Made by a program: the position numbers and the translations under genes. Positions 1 to 12,941 of a DNA stretch of 64,000 nucleotides are shown one piece after another. The stretch's first letter is position 1, and every line of letters starts with the position of its first letter. The DNA comes from Rhynchobatus australiae (Eukaryota). The notes below the pieces were generated by a model that had not been told where the DNA came from, searched no databases, and saw only the letters and a list, made by a program, of their open reading frames with translations. The stretch covers positions 30,363,637 through 30,427,636 of the forward strand of contig JAUZTB010000033.1 of NCBI GenBank assembly GCA_034780895.1, in the 5' to 3' direction.

Positions 1-534
1 CTGTGCTGTTTCATTACACAGCAATAGTGACTACAATGGGGGTATTTTGTTGGCTATGAAGTGTTCCGGTATCCAAAAATTTAGAATTAATTATTCTACA
101 GCTCTCTCCACAAGGTTATCCAAATCTGTTTGGTTCATCACATCTCCCCAAAAATATTCTGTGAAGTTCCTTAAAATGTTTCTCAGTTTCCTCCACCTAT
201 ACTGGTACAGTAAATCAGCCTTTGGAATATCCTGCATATTATGCTGAGAGAAACAGTACATTTGACTGACTACTGATTGAAGCACTTCATCTCTCACTTT
301 GACTTATGGTGGCATTAACAGATGGGAGCCCATTCAACCAAATTTGTCTATGCCCATGTTTGTGCCCCACACTAGCCTCCTTGCATGTATCTTCTACTAA
401 CCCCATCTGCATAACATTCTATTACTTTCTCAGTCACATGTTTATGTAATTTCTCTTAAAGGCCCTGCAACTCTTCCCTGAAGCAAGAGGTTCAACAGTC
501 TGGGGAGTTGGAGACAAAGACAACATCCACCACA

Positions 535-1095
535 ACAACTTACGTTGATATAACAAAATATTTCAAACCTTTTCATGGGGAAATCATCAATCCAAATTTG
601 ACACTGAGCTACATAAGGAAATATTAGGGCAGATGGTTCATATAAGATTATGAGGGTCATCGATAGACAGCTGGTATCTTCTTCCTAGGATCGAAATGAC
701 TAATACTAGAGGGCATGCATTTAAAGTGAGGGGGGTAAGTTTTTTTTAAACACAGAGAAGTGGTGGGTGCCTGGAATGCACTGTCAGGTGTGGTAGTAGA
801 GGCAAATGCAATAGAGGTGTTTAAGAGACTCTTAGATAGGTACATGAATATACAGAGAATGGAGGGATATGGACTTCTGTCGGCAGAAGGGACTAGTTTA
901 GTTAGGCTTTTAATTACTAGTTTAGTTAGTTCAGCACAACATCATGGGCTGAAGGGCCTGTTCCTGTGCTGTACTGTTCTATGTTCTATGACCAATAGCT
1001 CAGTCAAAGATCAAGGTTTTAACAAGTGTTTTAAAGAAGGAAAGAGAGAGAGATGCTTAAGGAGGAAATTTCAGCATTGAGGACTTCAGTGACTG
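535..1095 (-). mobile_element. L2-type LINE 3' fragment, split by a CR1 insertion at 636-990
   Basis: The halves ...gacactgagctacataaggaaatattagggcagatg and (atg)accaatagctcagtcaaag... join into the same sequence seen uninterrupted at 15979-16360. Confidence 0.7.
636..990 (+). mobile_element. CR1 LINE 3' end (ORF2 C-terminus, 3'UTR and ttctatg tail)
   Basis: ORF 760..1080 begins VVGAWNALSGVVVEANAIEVFKRLLDRYM, a typical CR1 ORF2 terminus. The element ends gggctgaagggcctgttcctgtgctgtactgttctatgttctatg. Confidence 0.9.
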
Positions 1096-1149
1096 TTGTA
1101 CATAATGGGTCCATTGACACTATTTCAAAGAAGAGCAAAGAAGCTAACC

Positions 1150-1355
1150 CCTGCCTGCTTGCCAATATTTATTCCTCATTTATTATTTCTAAAATAAATT
1201 CTCTCATCACTATCATACTTCTGTTTCCTGCTTGTCCGGCTGTTGCATTTCCTACATTACAAGGGTGACTGTAATAAAAAAATACTTAATTGGCTGCAAG
1301 TGCTTTGGGGTGTTCTCAAAGGGATGTGAAAGGTGTTACATAAATACAGATGTCC
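1150..1355 (+). mobile_element. Deu-domain SINE (SacSINE1/AmnSINE1-like) 3' fragment
   Basis: Contains gccaatatttattcctca, tttcctacattacaagggtgact and taattggctgcaagtgctttgggg, and ends gtgaaaggtgttacataaatac. Confidence 0.65.
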
Positions 1356-2148
1356 TACTTCCTTTTGTACTTCTGAGACCAAGGAAATATAAGCTATTGA
1401 AACTAATCAGCTAAGATAGAATAGCAGAATAGTAAGAGTGCAGATGAGTGCTTAATGCCAGAAGCACTGACTCTACCACACCCCTGGTGTGTTTCCCCCT
1501 CTAACTCAGAATCCTGTGTGGTAAATTAATATAATAAATATTGACAACTTGGAGAAATGGGGATAGATGTGGGGCAGGCTGGTGAGGTTCATTGGTGTTA
1601 AACTTATTTCACATAAACTATTCCAATAAGCGAAAAAATATTGGTCCCATACCAAAGAAAATAGAAGAGCAAGCTTAATAAACACATAGTACAAGCATCC
1701 CTGTTATAAACATCCCTGTTGTATCTAGCATGCATCTATCACAGTTCAGATACACACTTTCTTTCCTTGATAACTTGGCTTCTGCTTGTGAAGAGAAATC
1801 AGTGCTTCATAAGCTCCTAATTTACAGCCCCTGCTTTCACGTTTAGTGCTTATTGATCTCAGGTTAATTAGACCACTTTCTCACAGGAAGTACCTGAGCA
1901 ACGTAATAAAATGGATCAAGTTAAACAAAGTTCCGGCTCAGCAGCTGAAAACCGCACTTGCACTCCACCTTGGATTACCCATGTGCTTTGCTCTGGGAGA
2001 TCAGCTCCCATAAGTAATATTTAATNNNNNNNNNNCTTACACATCAAAGCTTCTAACAATGAATTAACAGCAATTTAAGTAGGCAAGGATTCTATTGGGC
2101 AAGGGAAATGCTGGGTAGAACATGTAGTAAAAGACATGCAATATCTAC

Positions 2149-2298
2149 CTTTACTTGAGCCACAGGGCTGGTCCCGTGCTTTTCATTTTTCAGAGCTGTT
2201 GGTGAGAGTGCACCTGCTGGGTTTGTTGGCTGTTGAGTGGACGGGATCTTAGCACCAGGTGAAGCCTGCATACTGGCCAGTTGTGCTGCATACAGCTG
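2149..2298 (-). CDS. SOX6: SOX6 coding exon, 150 nt, phase 0-0: [50 protein letters not shown]
   Basis: Acceptor ttattcag|CAGCTGTAT and donor GTAAAG|gtagat. The peptide matches the SOX6 segment [26 protein letters not shown]...KNEKRGTSPVTQVK and lies inside ORF 2092..2337. Confidence 0.96.
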
Positions 2299-2967
2299 CT
2301 GAATAAGCCAGAGAACACACTTCATGAGTATTAGCACTTTTTACCCACCTGTAACTCTGAGGAAGATTTGTGCAGGTATGAAGCACACATGAAGAGGGCA
2401 ACATTCATTTCTGTTGTATCACTGGACACCAAATCAGTTTGTTTATTTTGATCAGGATGGCTAGAATGCATTTTATACCAGCAAGATTCCATACCATCTT
2501 TCATTGAAAAAAAACAAGCAACAAATTAACACAGACACACACAAAGGTGCATTTGTGAAGTGACCACATTCAACAAGAAACCCTTCACAATATAAAAAAT
2601 GCTTACTCATACTTACTACCACAAGGCAATTATTTACTAGGTGGGCTGATGAACTTCCATGCAAATAGTTGTTCCACAGGTCAGAAACATGAAGCTCATG
2701 GTTCTATATGCTGCCAACATTATTTGCATTCTGAGGTTGTCTCGTGTCCCTTATCTCATTTACCATGAATTGTTGCTTTATTTCCATTAATGATTTTCTG
2801 TTGTCACGGTGAGAGATTGCAGTGCTGATGAGTAGAATATATTTCCTCCGCACTAACTGATGCTCCTCCACTCCCCGACTGCTGATAGCTTGTCCACCCA
2901 CCATACTGCTGTCCTCGGGAATTTTCTGCCCAGACCCCTCTGCCTTAGCACATTCCTTTCATTTTAT

Positions 2968-3240
2968 CTTTCTTTTTCAATCTTTTTATTCATTTCAAAT
3001 TGATAAACATAACAATAGTAATTATACACATGATATAAGGAGATCGGGATTACAATAATAACAGTTAACATCTACAAACATAAAGAGTAAAATATGCAAT
3101 CCTTTTCTTTTTCAATATTTTTATTAATTTCAAGTAAGAAGTACAAAATGCATGAAACAAAGGAAAAAAAAAGAAAATGTTACAAAATAGATTGTATTGA
3201 ATCACACTAGAAATCACAATGCTTCCTATTAATAAAAAAG
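2968..3240 (-). mobile_element. Two tandem A-tailed retroelement 3' ends (L1/Tx1-like)
   Basis: The unit tttctttttcaatmtttttattmatttcaa is repeated at about 2968 and 3102. On the minus strand it reads AATAAA followed by an A-rich tail. Confidence 0.4.
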
Positions 3241-4119
3241 ATATCAATTGATTGCTGGAATAATCAATTGGATTATTGATTGGAGTTGGTAAGTTGGAAT
3301 AATTTTATTATAAAGTACTTCTTAAAACTCTTTGCCTGTTCCAAAGGTTCTTTATCCTCATCTCTCAACTTATATTTTCATTCCCACACTTTATCAGAAC
3401 AGTGCACAGCATGTACACATGTGATTCATCACTGCAGATATAAGTGATTTGTATCGTACACAATGTGGGTAAAGGATTTGCATATTATCTAGCTATTTGA
3501 CTTGTACAGTGTGGATAAATCATATATGTGACTAAAAACCATTGCTGTTGACAAATCACAATCCTTCAAGGCCAGATCTCTACCCGGAGCCTCTGTAAGT
3601 ATTTCAGGAATATTCTGAGGTCATCTTGTCTATTATTGAGTTTCTGCATTTGTTAACTTGTAAACACTGATAAAAATCACTTCTGCAATAATATATTGCT
3701 GTTTTCATTTGAGTAACTCTTATATCTTACACATATTAGGATGTAGTGTTTCTGCTAAAATATTTTATCAGACAGAATTGACATCATAGGAATAGGTTAT
3801 TTGGAGAATTAGGTATGTATTCCAGACACTTATGCTTCCATCTTCACACCATTCCATCACCATGATGCTTTCTTTCTCATTTCCTTAAATGTATCATTCT
3901 ATTCAGCTCACAATGCCAGGTGGTAGTAGATTCCACCTTCTAAGAACTCTCAAGTAAAGATGAGGAGAAAAAGGCAAACTAATGAGCCACATCCACCATC
4001 AATAATCTAATCCAACTATTGCTGCCTCAGGACAAAAAATGATGAAGGCTTCTGAGTATATGTTAATATTTGAACAACATACATTTGTAGGGAGCCACTC
4101 TGAATTTTTTATACTTACT

Positions 4120-4487
4120 AACTTGCAAAATTCTTACAGGGTTCTACAGGCTGGATAACAAGAGAACATTTCCTCTGGCTAAGAACTCTAGATCCATGGG
4201 TCACAGTCTCAGAATAAAGGGTATGCCATTTATGCATGATGTGAGAAGAAATTACTCCATTCAGAGAATAGTGAACCTTTGGAATTATCTACACCAGGCA
4301 GATGTGACAGCTCAGTAACTGAGTGCATTCAGAATGCAGATCAATAGATTTCTGGATATTAAGAGAATTTGAGGCATACAGGCACAGTGTAGGAAAGTGA
4401 TACTAAGGTAGAAGATCAGTCATGATCTTAATGAATTATGGAGCAGGCTCGAAGGGCTGGATGGTCTACTTTTGCTTCTGATTCTTC
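4120..4487 (+). mobile_element. CR1 LINE 3' end
   Basis: gggtcacagtctcagaataaaggg...gtgaacctttggaatt...gatcagtcatgatcttaatgaattatggagcaggctcgaagggctggatggtctact. Confidence 0.85.
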
Positions 4488-5065
4488 TACTTTCAAGAGG
4501 TTGCCTACACAGTTTCATTTGGAAACCATGGCATTTTCTCTCTAATCAATGTCTGCTCTCCAATATGAATGCTATGCTCTCTGGCAAAGTACAATTAGGG
4601 TTCAATTAAAAGCAGCTTTTTTTTCCACTGGATTTGAATCCAAAGCAGAAATGCNNNNNNNNNNNNNNNNNNNNNNNNNNNNNNNNNNNNNNNNNNNNTG
4701 CTATTATTTAATCTCTCCAATGCAGAGATTCTCCCAGCAACAAAGGAAAAGAAATCTCTGTGGACTGACATGTCTATAAGTAGGTCTACTTATGCTGCTA
4801 TTATGAGCTATAATATATTAGCCACAGAATGTTTAGCTTTTATTGAAAATTGGACTTGCCGCTGAGGCAGGGGGAAAACAGAAATAATGTGCCAACTCAG
4901 ATCAGTTGAATCGTTATTCTTGTTCCTAAATGTGTATGTTTTTGTGATCCTCCATCATGTCATTAGGGTCCTTGTCTTCCTCTGCCCTTGATATCATTCC
5001 TTGGCCTTGGAGGTGGGATTTGGACAGTTCTTCTTTGAATTCTGCCACTGCCACTTGGCTCATTA

Positions 5066-5165
5066 ACAGCTTGCATTTATATTGTGTCTTTTAACATAAT
5101 CAAATAACCCCATGGCACTGAGACTCAGCCACTGTGGAGGGGGAAGGAATGGTGACCAAGAGGAG
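5066..5165 (-). mobile_element. L2-type LINE tail fragment
   Basis: The tail cttgcatttatattg is followed by gactcagccac...ggtgaccaag, as at 15979-16360. Confidence 0.5.
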
Positions 5166-6643
5166 AGTGTAATTGTAAACTAGACTCTGCCAATTTCAAC
5201 CACATCTGCTTTGTTCTTTAAAGAGACTTATTCAGCACAATAAATAAATAGAAGGCTCACTGTGGGTATCATTATCAAGCCAGGTGAGGTAATTTCAAAC
5301 AAGGACAGCTTTACTGACCTGCGTGCCCTTAAAATCAAACAAGTTCCTTTTTCTGACTTCCAGCTTGTGATTCCTGCTGTGAAGGCCCCTATAGTGGAAT
5401 AGCCTGATAATCTGAGTTTGCCCATTAAGAATAGCCTTTTTGATACCTTATATATCAATACATTTTAGAAAAGAACACTTTCCAAAACCAGAAATTTGCA
5501 GTTAGAGGAAGGTTGTAATGGGGGTTTAGGAAGCACATTTTGAGGCAAAGAAATACTGTATGTATTACAACACATATTGTTTTACAATACAGATTTATAG
5601 CCTTGGTAATTGTGAAATGCAAAGCATTGCCATGATCTTCCCTCCCAACAGTACTGGAACATGTTGAGTTTTGCTATGTTATTTAATTCATGTTTGAATT
5701 GCTACCTATTCATACCATTTTAATTTTTGATTCTGCAAAATCTCCCTGTCACATATATACAAGTAAGTATCCACTTCAGCCACCCTCATCATACAGTATC
5801 TGTGGTATTTTTACTGTAACACAGTATTCCAACCCACAGTCATCCAGATGTCATGCTGGGTGCACATATTCTGAATGGGCTTGTGTATGTAAAGGTGGAT
5901 AAGGAAACAAAAAAAGCAAATCATGAGGGAAATACAGTTGCTCAGTAGGTTGTTGAGAAATTCTACAATGGATATACAAATGCCTTTTCCCAGACCACAA
6001 CCACGTACCATGTTTTAAGTTAAAAATATTATTCAGCATGAGTCAAAATAGGGATTTGAAAACCCAGAAACATTCATTGACCATCTAATACGTTTTTAAA
6101 ATCTCCTTTCACTGACAATTGGCTATTGTTTGTGATCAGCACATGATACGCTTTAAGAGCAACATAAATAGCTTCGGTTTCTTTGTCTCAAGCCTATTAC
6201 AATAGCATCTTGCTGACTGCACAGTCCTTGGGGATAAGGGCAGTTCCCTGTAGACTACTGACGCTCAAGTTAGGCCTGGGCAACTATTGATTTAAATCCT
6301 GGAGATAGCTCCCCCCATTTCCACCTCTTTCAGCAACTTGCTACGTCCAAAGCCACTAGTATTTCTTTATTTTTACCTCAATACCCTGGGCAGACATTTA
6401 ATGTGTAATTGGACACTCAGCTTTTGTTCTTTACCCTTTGTGTAATTGAGGTTTGCTACTTTATTTAACCAACAGCTTCTCGAGCTGCTCCTGGTCATAT
6501 GTTGCACATCCAGCATCGTGTTTATACTGCTGAAGTGGGTCTCTGGAGGACCTAGAGTCATTTGCATTACAGTATCGAGAAGGCAATGGTCAAAAATGTT
6601 TGTGCACCAGTGCACACACGCACTGTCACACATGCTCCAAACA

Positions 6644-6960
6644 ACAATTCACATTTACATAGCATCTTTAACTTATTAAAAACCTCAAGGGTATTTCACA
6701 GAATACCAGACAAAATTAAGCACCAGGCGCTATATGGAGATATTAGGGAAAAAAGAAGTAATTTTTAAGGAATGTCTTGAAAAGAAAGGACACTTTAGGT
6801 CATAGTCCTTTTCATGACTGGAGACACAGTTGTAAATGGTAAAGCTTTGAATATTGGGGAATGTACTTAGATCAGTACCAACCCTCAGAAGGTTGCAGGA
6901 TGTAGGAGGTGATGGAGATGGGGCGCAGGGAGGCTGTGATCAGATATGAACACAAGAATC
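6644..6960 (-). mobile_element. L2-type LINE 3' fragment
   Basis: acaattcacatttacatagcatctttaac...ggagatattaggg...tttaaggaatgtcttg...gaaggttgcaggatgtaggagg, the same family as 15979-16360. Confidence 0.65.
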
Positions 6961-7779
6961 TTTTTGTCTCTCTGTAATTTTTACAGCAAAAACCTGTATA
7001 TATTTTGCACATTTCCATCTTCCAAGCTCTTCCTACTGCTTTCCTCTGTTATAAACACTATCCCTTTATTAACTTGTTGTGGATGCAATAAATTTATTTT
7101 TAAGTGAACTCGCTGCCAAAGAAGTGTATTCACTTACCATGTAAAACTTTACTTAAAAAGGAAAGAAAACTAAATTGTCTATGAATACTCAACCAAAACT
7201 TTAAGTAACCCTGTGGAAGAATTATTTCTAGAATGTAAACTATTTTCCTACAAGGGAACTAAATCTTAATTTAGTTTTGCCACTTAATGAATGTAAACAT
7301 TTCTCAGGAGGATTTTTTAAAATCCTCTTGTCAATACATTCTAAACTTATTGAACGTAGGGACTCTGGGTTTCTATCACAGCCTCGAGGTGCAGGCAATA
7401 AATATGCAGGAGAATACATGTACTTTTCTGGAGCTAATCACCAGCTATTGGAGTGGAGTCCAAACCTTTGGGCTTACACGGTCATTTTCAAAGAGGAGCA
7501 GCAGATCTATTGGCGCACCCATGTGTGAGATGTGCTATTACACGGAGGTCTCTATGCATGCAGATTGCCATCAAACAGCACATAATGCTTGTCTGATGTC
7601 ACTTGCACAATATTCTACTGCCCAAATGAGGGACATGAAGTTGGAAGAAAAGGAGTGAGGCCTTCTTTTTCATCTGCTAAAGAGTTCCACACTATCTGGC
7701 TGCTGCTTGAAATTCCCAGACATCCACCTTGCTGCAAGTAGGTGCTTTCTTTGCTTTTCCACCATTGTAGATAATTAAT

Positions 7780-8590
7780 CTTCCCCTCCCCTCATTAACA
7801 ATGTCCTCACGGATGTCAATACCACTCCATTCCACCACAGCAGTGCTCTCTCTGACCTCCATCCTCCCCATGCCATCCTCTGTGACCATCTCCACGCCCC
7901 TTTGCAGCAACTCTTTTCCAACATGGCCCTTCCCCAATGATCCTCACAGATATCAACCCACACCCCCCCTCATCTACTTTGGATATCCCATGTCCAAAAA
8001 CCCTATATGAAGCCCCTCCAAGGAGCCTCTTTAATACACAACCCATCTGGCCACCTCTCCATTATCCACCTTCCAACAACAATCCTGACACCTCCCTAAT
8101 CCTCATCATAATCAATTCTCTTCAACCCTCTTGCTGACTTGCACTAGCCCCCTAAAACCTAACAATCCTCCCCATCAACGGCCCCTAACATCAGTAATTC
8201 TCCTTCAGTTTATCCTTTCCCAATTATCCCTAATTAAGCAACCATCGCTGACTCTTCCATTTCCCAACTCCCACTGCACTTGACCTCACCAGTCACAACT
8301 TCCCCTTATAACATTGGCTACCATCCCTCTAACACTAATCCTCCAATCTGGCAATCCCCTATATCATCACTCTTAACTCCTGGCAATCTTCTCCAGGTGC
8401 TCTATGATCCTTTTTGTCCAATGCTCTCCCATTTCTACCCCTTTGGACACCCTCTCCCTGATACCTACCCATCTTTGGTGATCCAATCTGCCACACCACC
8501 ACTACATCTGGCAATACTCTTTGTTCCTGTCTCTCCCTGAACCTACCACTCCCTCTCCAACAATCCTATAATACTTCCCCAGACTCATGT
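7780..8590. repeat. C-rich, G-poor low-complexity tract, probably from a decayed repeat
   Basis: Strong strand asymmetry that yields several Pro/Ser-rich spurious ORFs. A G-rich tract of mirror composition lies at about 31990-32350. Confidence 0.55.
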
Positions 8591-9119
8591 CCTATGAAAT
8601 CTTTGCAATGGCTGGGATTGCAGAGGAAAATCTACAGTTTATGGTGTGTGTGCTGGAATATATCTGCACCTCCCTTTGAGCAGGCAAATCCAAAATGCAA
8701 CACAAACCAACTTTAGCCTGTGGACCAAAGTTTGGGTGACCCCAGGTCGTGAAATAGCAAGTTTCAGTAAAAAGAGAACACTTTTCATTCTACTGTGTTC
8801 ACTTGGAACCAGCATACTCAAAATGCTTATTCCCAGATACTCTAATAGCTACTTATAGTGAACTAATTAACTCACGTAGTGAGGTCAGGTGTTAAAATCC
8901 ATTACTGTAATGACNNNNNNNNNNNNNNNNNNNNNNNNNNNNNNNNNNNNNNNNNNNNNNNNNNNNNNNNNNNNNNNNNNNNNNNNNNNNNNNNNNNNNN
9001 NNNNNNNNNNNNNNNNNNNNNNNNNNNNNNNNNNNNNNNNNNNNNNNNNNNNNNNNNNNNGGATGCAGCAGATACCAGTTTCTGGGTTTGAGGTCCTATG
9101 GCCATTTTTTTTGTAATTC

Positions 9120-10760
9120 ACTTTTGAGGATTCAGGCATCTTAGGCAAAGCTAGCTTTTATTGCCCATTCCTGTGCCCTTGAGGTGGTGCTGAACTGTAT
9201 TTTTGAACAGTTGCAGTCCTCTGGTGATGGTATTCCCGCAGTGCAGTTGGGGAAGGAGTTCTGAGATTTAGACTCAGTGACAATGAGAGAATGGCAATAC
9301 ATTTCCAAGGTAGGATGGTGCGGGACTTGGAGGGAAATCTACGAACAGTGGTGTTGTCGGGGCCTAAAGCCCTTGAGCTTCTCTTGGTAAAGATTGTGAA
9401 TTTGAGAGATAATGTTGGAATAGTATAGGTGAGGAACTGTAGTGCATTTCACTCAGTTCAGTTTTACCATGACCTGTTGATGCCACACTTGATCAAATGC
9501 TGCCTTGATGTTAACAGAAGTCACTCTCACTTCAACACTGGAATTCAACACTTTAGTCCTTGTTTGGACCAAGTCTGTGTTGAACTATGGAGCTGAGTGG
9601 TCTTGACAAAATCCAAATTAGACATCACTGTGTAGGTTATTGGTGACTGAGAACCGCTTGATGGCACTCTTGACAGCACCTTCCATCACTTTGATAATGA
9701 TTGAGAGGAGACCAGTTGGATGGTAATTAGTCAGGCTAGATTTGTCCTTTTTGTGCATTGATGGGCAGATGTCATGGTTGTAACTGTACAGGAATAACTT
9801 GGCCAGAGGCGCAGCTACTTCTGGAGCACAGGTCTTTAGTACTACAGCTGGGATGTTGTCTGGTCTAGTAGTCTTTGCTGTATCTAGTGCTCTCAGCCAT
9901 TTGATATCACATGAAATGTATCAAATTGACTGAAGACGGGCTTCAGTGCCCTGGGGACCTCAGAATCAGAATCAGGTTTATTATCACTGACATATGTCGT
10001 GAAATGTGTTGTTTTGCAGCAGCAGTAAAGTACAAGATAGTGCAAAACATAAAGGCATAAAAAATTACTGTAAGTTACAAAAATAACTAAAAAGTGCAAA
10101 AGAGGAATAATGAGGTAGTGTTCATGGACCGTTCAAAATTCTGATGGTGGAGGGGAAGAAGCTGTTCCTGAAGCGTTGAGTGTGGGTCTTTGAGCTCCTG
10201 TTCCTCTTCCCCAATGGTGTAACGTGAAGAGGACATGTCCCAGGTGTTGAGGGTCCTTAATGCTGGGTGCTGCCTTCTTGAGGCACCATGTCACTCAATC
10301 AGCACTTTTGGTGAACATGGTTAAGAATGAGTCAGCCTGTCTTTAGCATTCACTTGCTGGGCCCTGCCATGTTTGAGCATGGGGATGTTCTTGGAGCCTC
10401 CTTCCCCCATTAACTGTCTAATTGTCCAACACTATTTACCACAAGTTATGGCAGAACTGCAGAGCTTTAATCTAATTCATCAGTTGTGAGATTACTGAGC
10501 TCTGAAGTGCATACTGTTTTTGTTGTTCAGTGTGGATGTACTCCATTATTGCAGTTTCATCAGGTTGGCACCTCATTTCCAGGAATGTCCGGCACTTCTC
10601 CTTGCATACTCTTCTGGAGTCTTCATTGATCCTGGGTTGATCTCCTAACTTGATAGTAATGGTAGAGTGAGGGATATACGAGGACATGAGGTTACAGATT
10701 ACGGTGGTGTACATTTCTGCTATTCTAATGGTCCATGATGTCTCAGTTTTGGGTTTTAAC
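9120..10760 (-). mobile_element. Decayed non-LTR retrotransposon (CR1/L2 superclade), 3' end plus ORF2 pieces, interrupted at 9961-10290
   Basis: ORF 10472..10816 encodes ICNLMSSYIPHSTITIKLGDQPRINEDSRRVC, resembling the endonuclease-RT linker. The 3' end tttattgcccattcctgtgcccttgaggtggtg recurs at about 54300 and, in plus orientation, at about 60915 and 62915. Confidence 0.8.
9961..10290 (-). mobile_element. Younger LINE 3' end with an (ATTCTG)n tail (Rex1/Babar-like), nested in the older LINE
   Basis: Begins cagaatcagaatcaggtttattatcact and contains ggggaagaagctgttcctgaagcgttgagtgtggg. Confidence 0.75.
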
Positions 10761-11599
10761 CATACGGTGACATAGTCAGTGCCATATTGTATGCCTCCAA
10801 ACACCTTGCAAGTCATATTTAATCACTTTAGGTTCATTTTAAACATACAGGCTCCAGGAATTCCTTTTGTTCCAAGAGGGTTTTGACTAAGAGTCCTTAA
10901 ATAGACCAAGAGAGGCCAATGGTAACTTTATAAAACCTACCTGAATATTGACCCAGGAGGTACAGAAGTCCTGTTTCTGGCTCTTCATTTAGGTCACCTC
11001 CTTCCGAACAACACTTGTCAACACATGTCCACCTTTTCCCAGCAATCCCGATCTTGAAATTCAGGCCAGTGGTCTTTAGTATTCTAATTAATTATTTGGA
11101 TTATATAATCAGTTCCCCAATGTGAAATCACTGTTTTTTTTAACTTTTAGAAACACATAATGGGTATTCTTGAATAAAAAGTAGTAGAAACTGAATTCCA
11201 GTATCCCAAACACAGGTATTTTGACCTGGGATGTCTCCCTGGCAAAGGAAATCTGGTATATGGAAGGATATCTCACTGGATCCAAAGAGGAAGAAATCCA
11301 TCCAAATTTGTTATTGCTTTGTCTCAGCTTCGCTTTTCAGACATCCCTTCCTCAGCAAAGCCAGAGAGTCTCAATATATTCCAGTTAAGTTCCAGTGGTC
11401 GGAATGGTCATGCACTTAACTGAGTTTCCAAAATTCATCATTTTTGGAGAAAGAGAAAATTCATCATTTTTGGACAAAGAAATATATTATTGGATTTTTC
11501 TGTAATAATGTCAAGTTGCCTTCCCTTAGAAACCATGCTCCGAATTGAGCAAACTCTGAAAATACAGACTTGGAATGAACTCAACTTCCTTCTTAACCT

Positions 11600-11920
11600 A
11601 AGGATATCCCAAAGTACACATAATGAGACTTTTTTTTGAAGTATAATAACTGTTGTTAAAGGGGAAAAACAATAGCCAACTTGTGTATAGCAGCTCCCTG
11701 AGATAGAGATATGAAAATGACCAGATGAGCTGCTTTAGTAATGTTAATTGAGGAATAAATATTGGCCTTGACCCCAAGGGTATTTCCTTTGGTCCTCTTT
11801 GAAATTGTTGCATGGGATGTTATACATCCACCTGACAGAGCAGTTCAGGCCTCAATTTAACATCTTGTCCAAATGACAGCAACTCCCTTAGTGCAGCACA
11901 CCATAAGTAATGCTCTAGAG
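11600..11920 (-). mobile_element. Deu-domain SINE (SacSINE1/AmnSINE1-like)
   Basis: ttgaggaataaatattggcc...catgggatgttatacatccacctgacagagcag...gcctcaatttaacatc...gacagcaactcccttagtgcagcac. Confidence 0.8.
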
Positions 11921-12830
11921 TTCCTAAGATATAACTGATAAATAAATCAAATATAAATAATTCAATTCAGTTTGATAAGGGTGAGAATAAAAAATAATGA
12001 CTTTTCTCGTTTAAAGTAGCAAGACATTAAAAGTCTCAGTAATATATTCAAGAAAATTATTTCTGCCAACAGAGATGGTGTTCGTAGTATAGGTATTCAA
12101 CAAATAACACATCTTTACTGCCTTCTTCCATGGGTATTTTTCAAGTCATGGAGGCAAAATTCAACCTGCCTCTCATATTTAGTAATGCATCTTCTGTTCT
12201 ACAAATAATGGAACACATATTGCCATCTGGGGATAACTTGCATCTTACCAAACACTCACAATCCTGTACACATGGTCCACATTAAACCTGCTGTTTCATA
12301 TATCTAGAGGCCTTCAATCACCAATGTGGAACATTACCATTATCCCCACCCGAGCCACACACCACCTCCACCCAACTTTCTCTTGCTGCCTAATGAGAGC
12401 AGGCAAAGATTTGTGTATAGGATTATGCCAATAAGTCTAGGAAAGTTTTTATGGAGACATCAAAACCTTTCTCATTGTTAAATAGTTGCGTTTCGCTTGT
12501 CAACTACTCAGTGATGCATTTGAAATTAGGAGTTCTGTGGGTGGGGAACTGCAGCAGCAGACCCACTTCTTAGCAGCGTGTTGAAGCATTCTTGAGAGGA
12601 TACTGTTTAGGATTGTGGCCCTCAACAAATAGTGAAAAAAAACAGTGTCTTGAATAAATCACTACCAGTTTCAGAGCCCTGATACACACAGACATCACTG
12701 AAGGAGCTGCATCCAATTCCAGTTAACAAAAGCAACTATTTTTGGGAGGGTGAAAAAAATGCAGCAGCTGATTAAAGTGCTCCCGGCAAAGAAGCAAAGA
12801 TTCCTGCTCGGAATGTTATAGTATAAAAAG

Positions 12831-12941
12831 AGAGTGGAAGGGGGTGGTGGAAAGAGAGAGCAAGCACGAGAAAGAGAGAGGGGGAGAGAGAGAGAGGGGG
12901 TGGGAGAGAGAGAGAAAGAGAGAGAGAGAAAGAGCGAGAGA
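12831..12941. repeat. (GA)n-rich microsatellite running into an assembly gap
   Basis: Read directly from the sequence. Confidence 0.95.
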
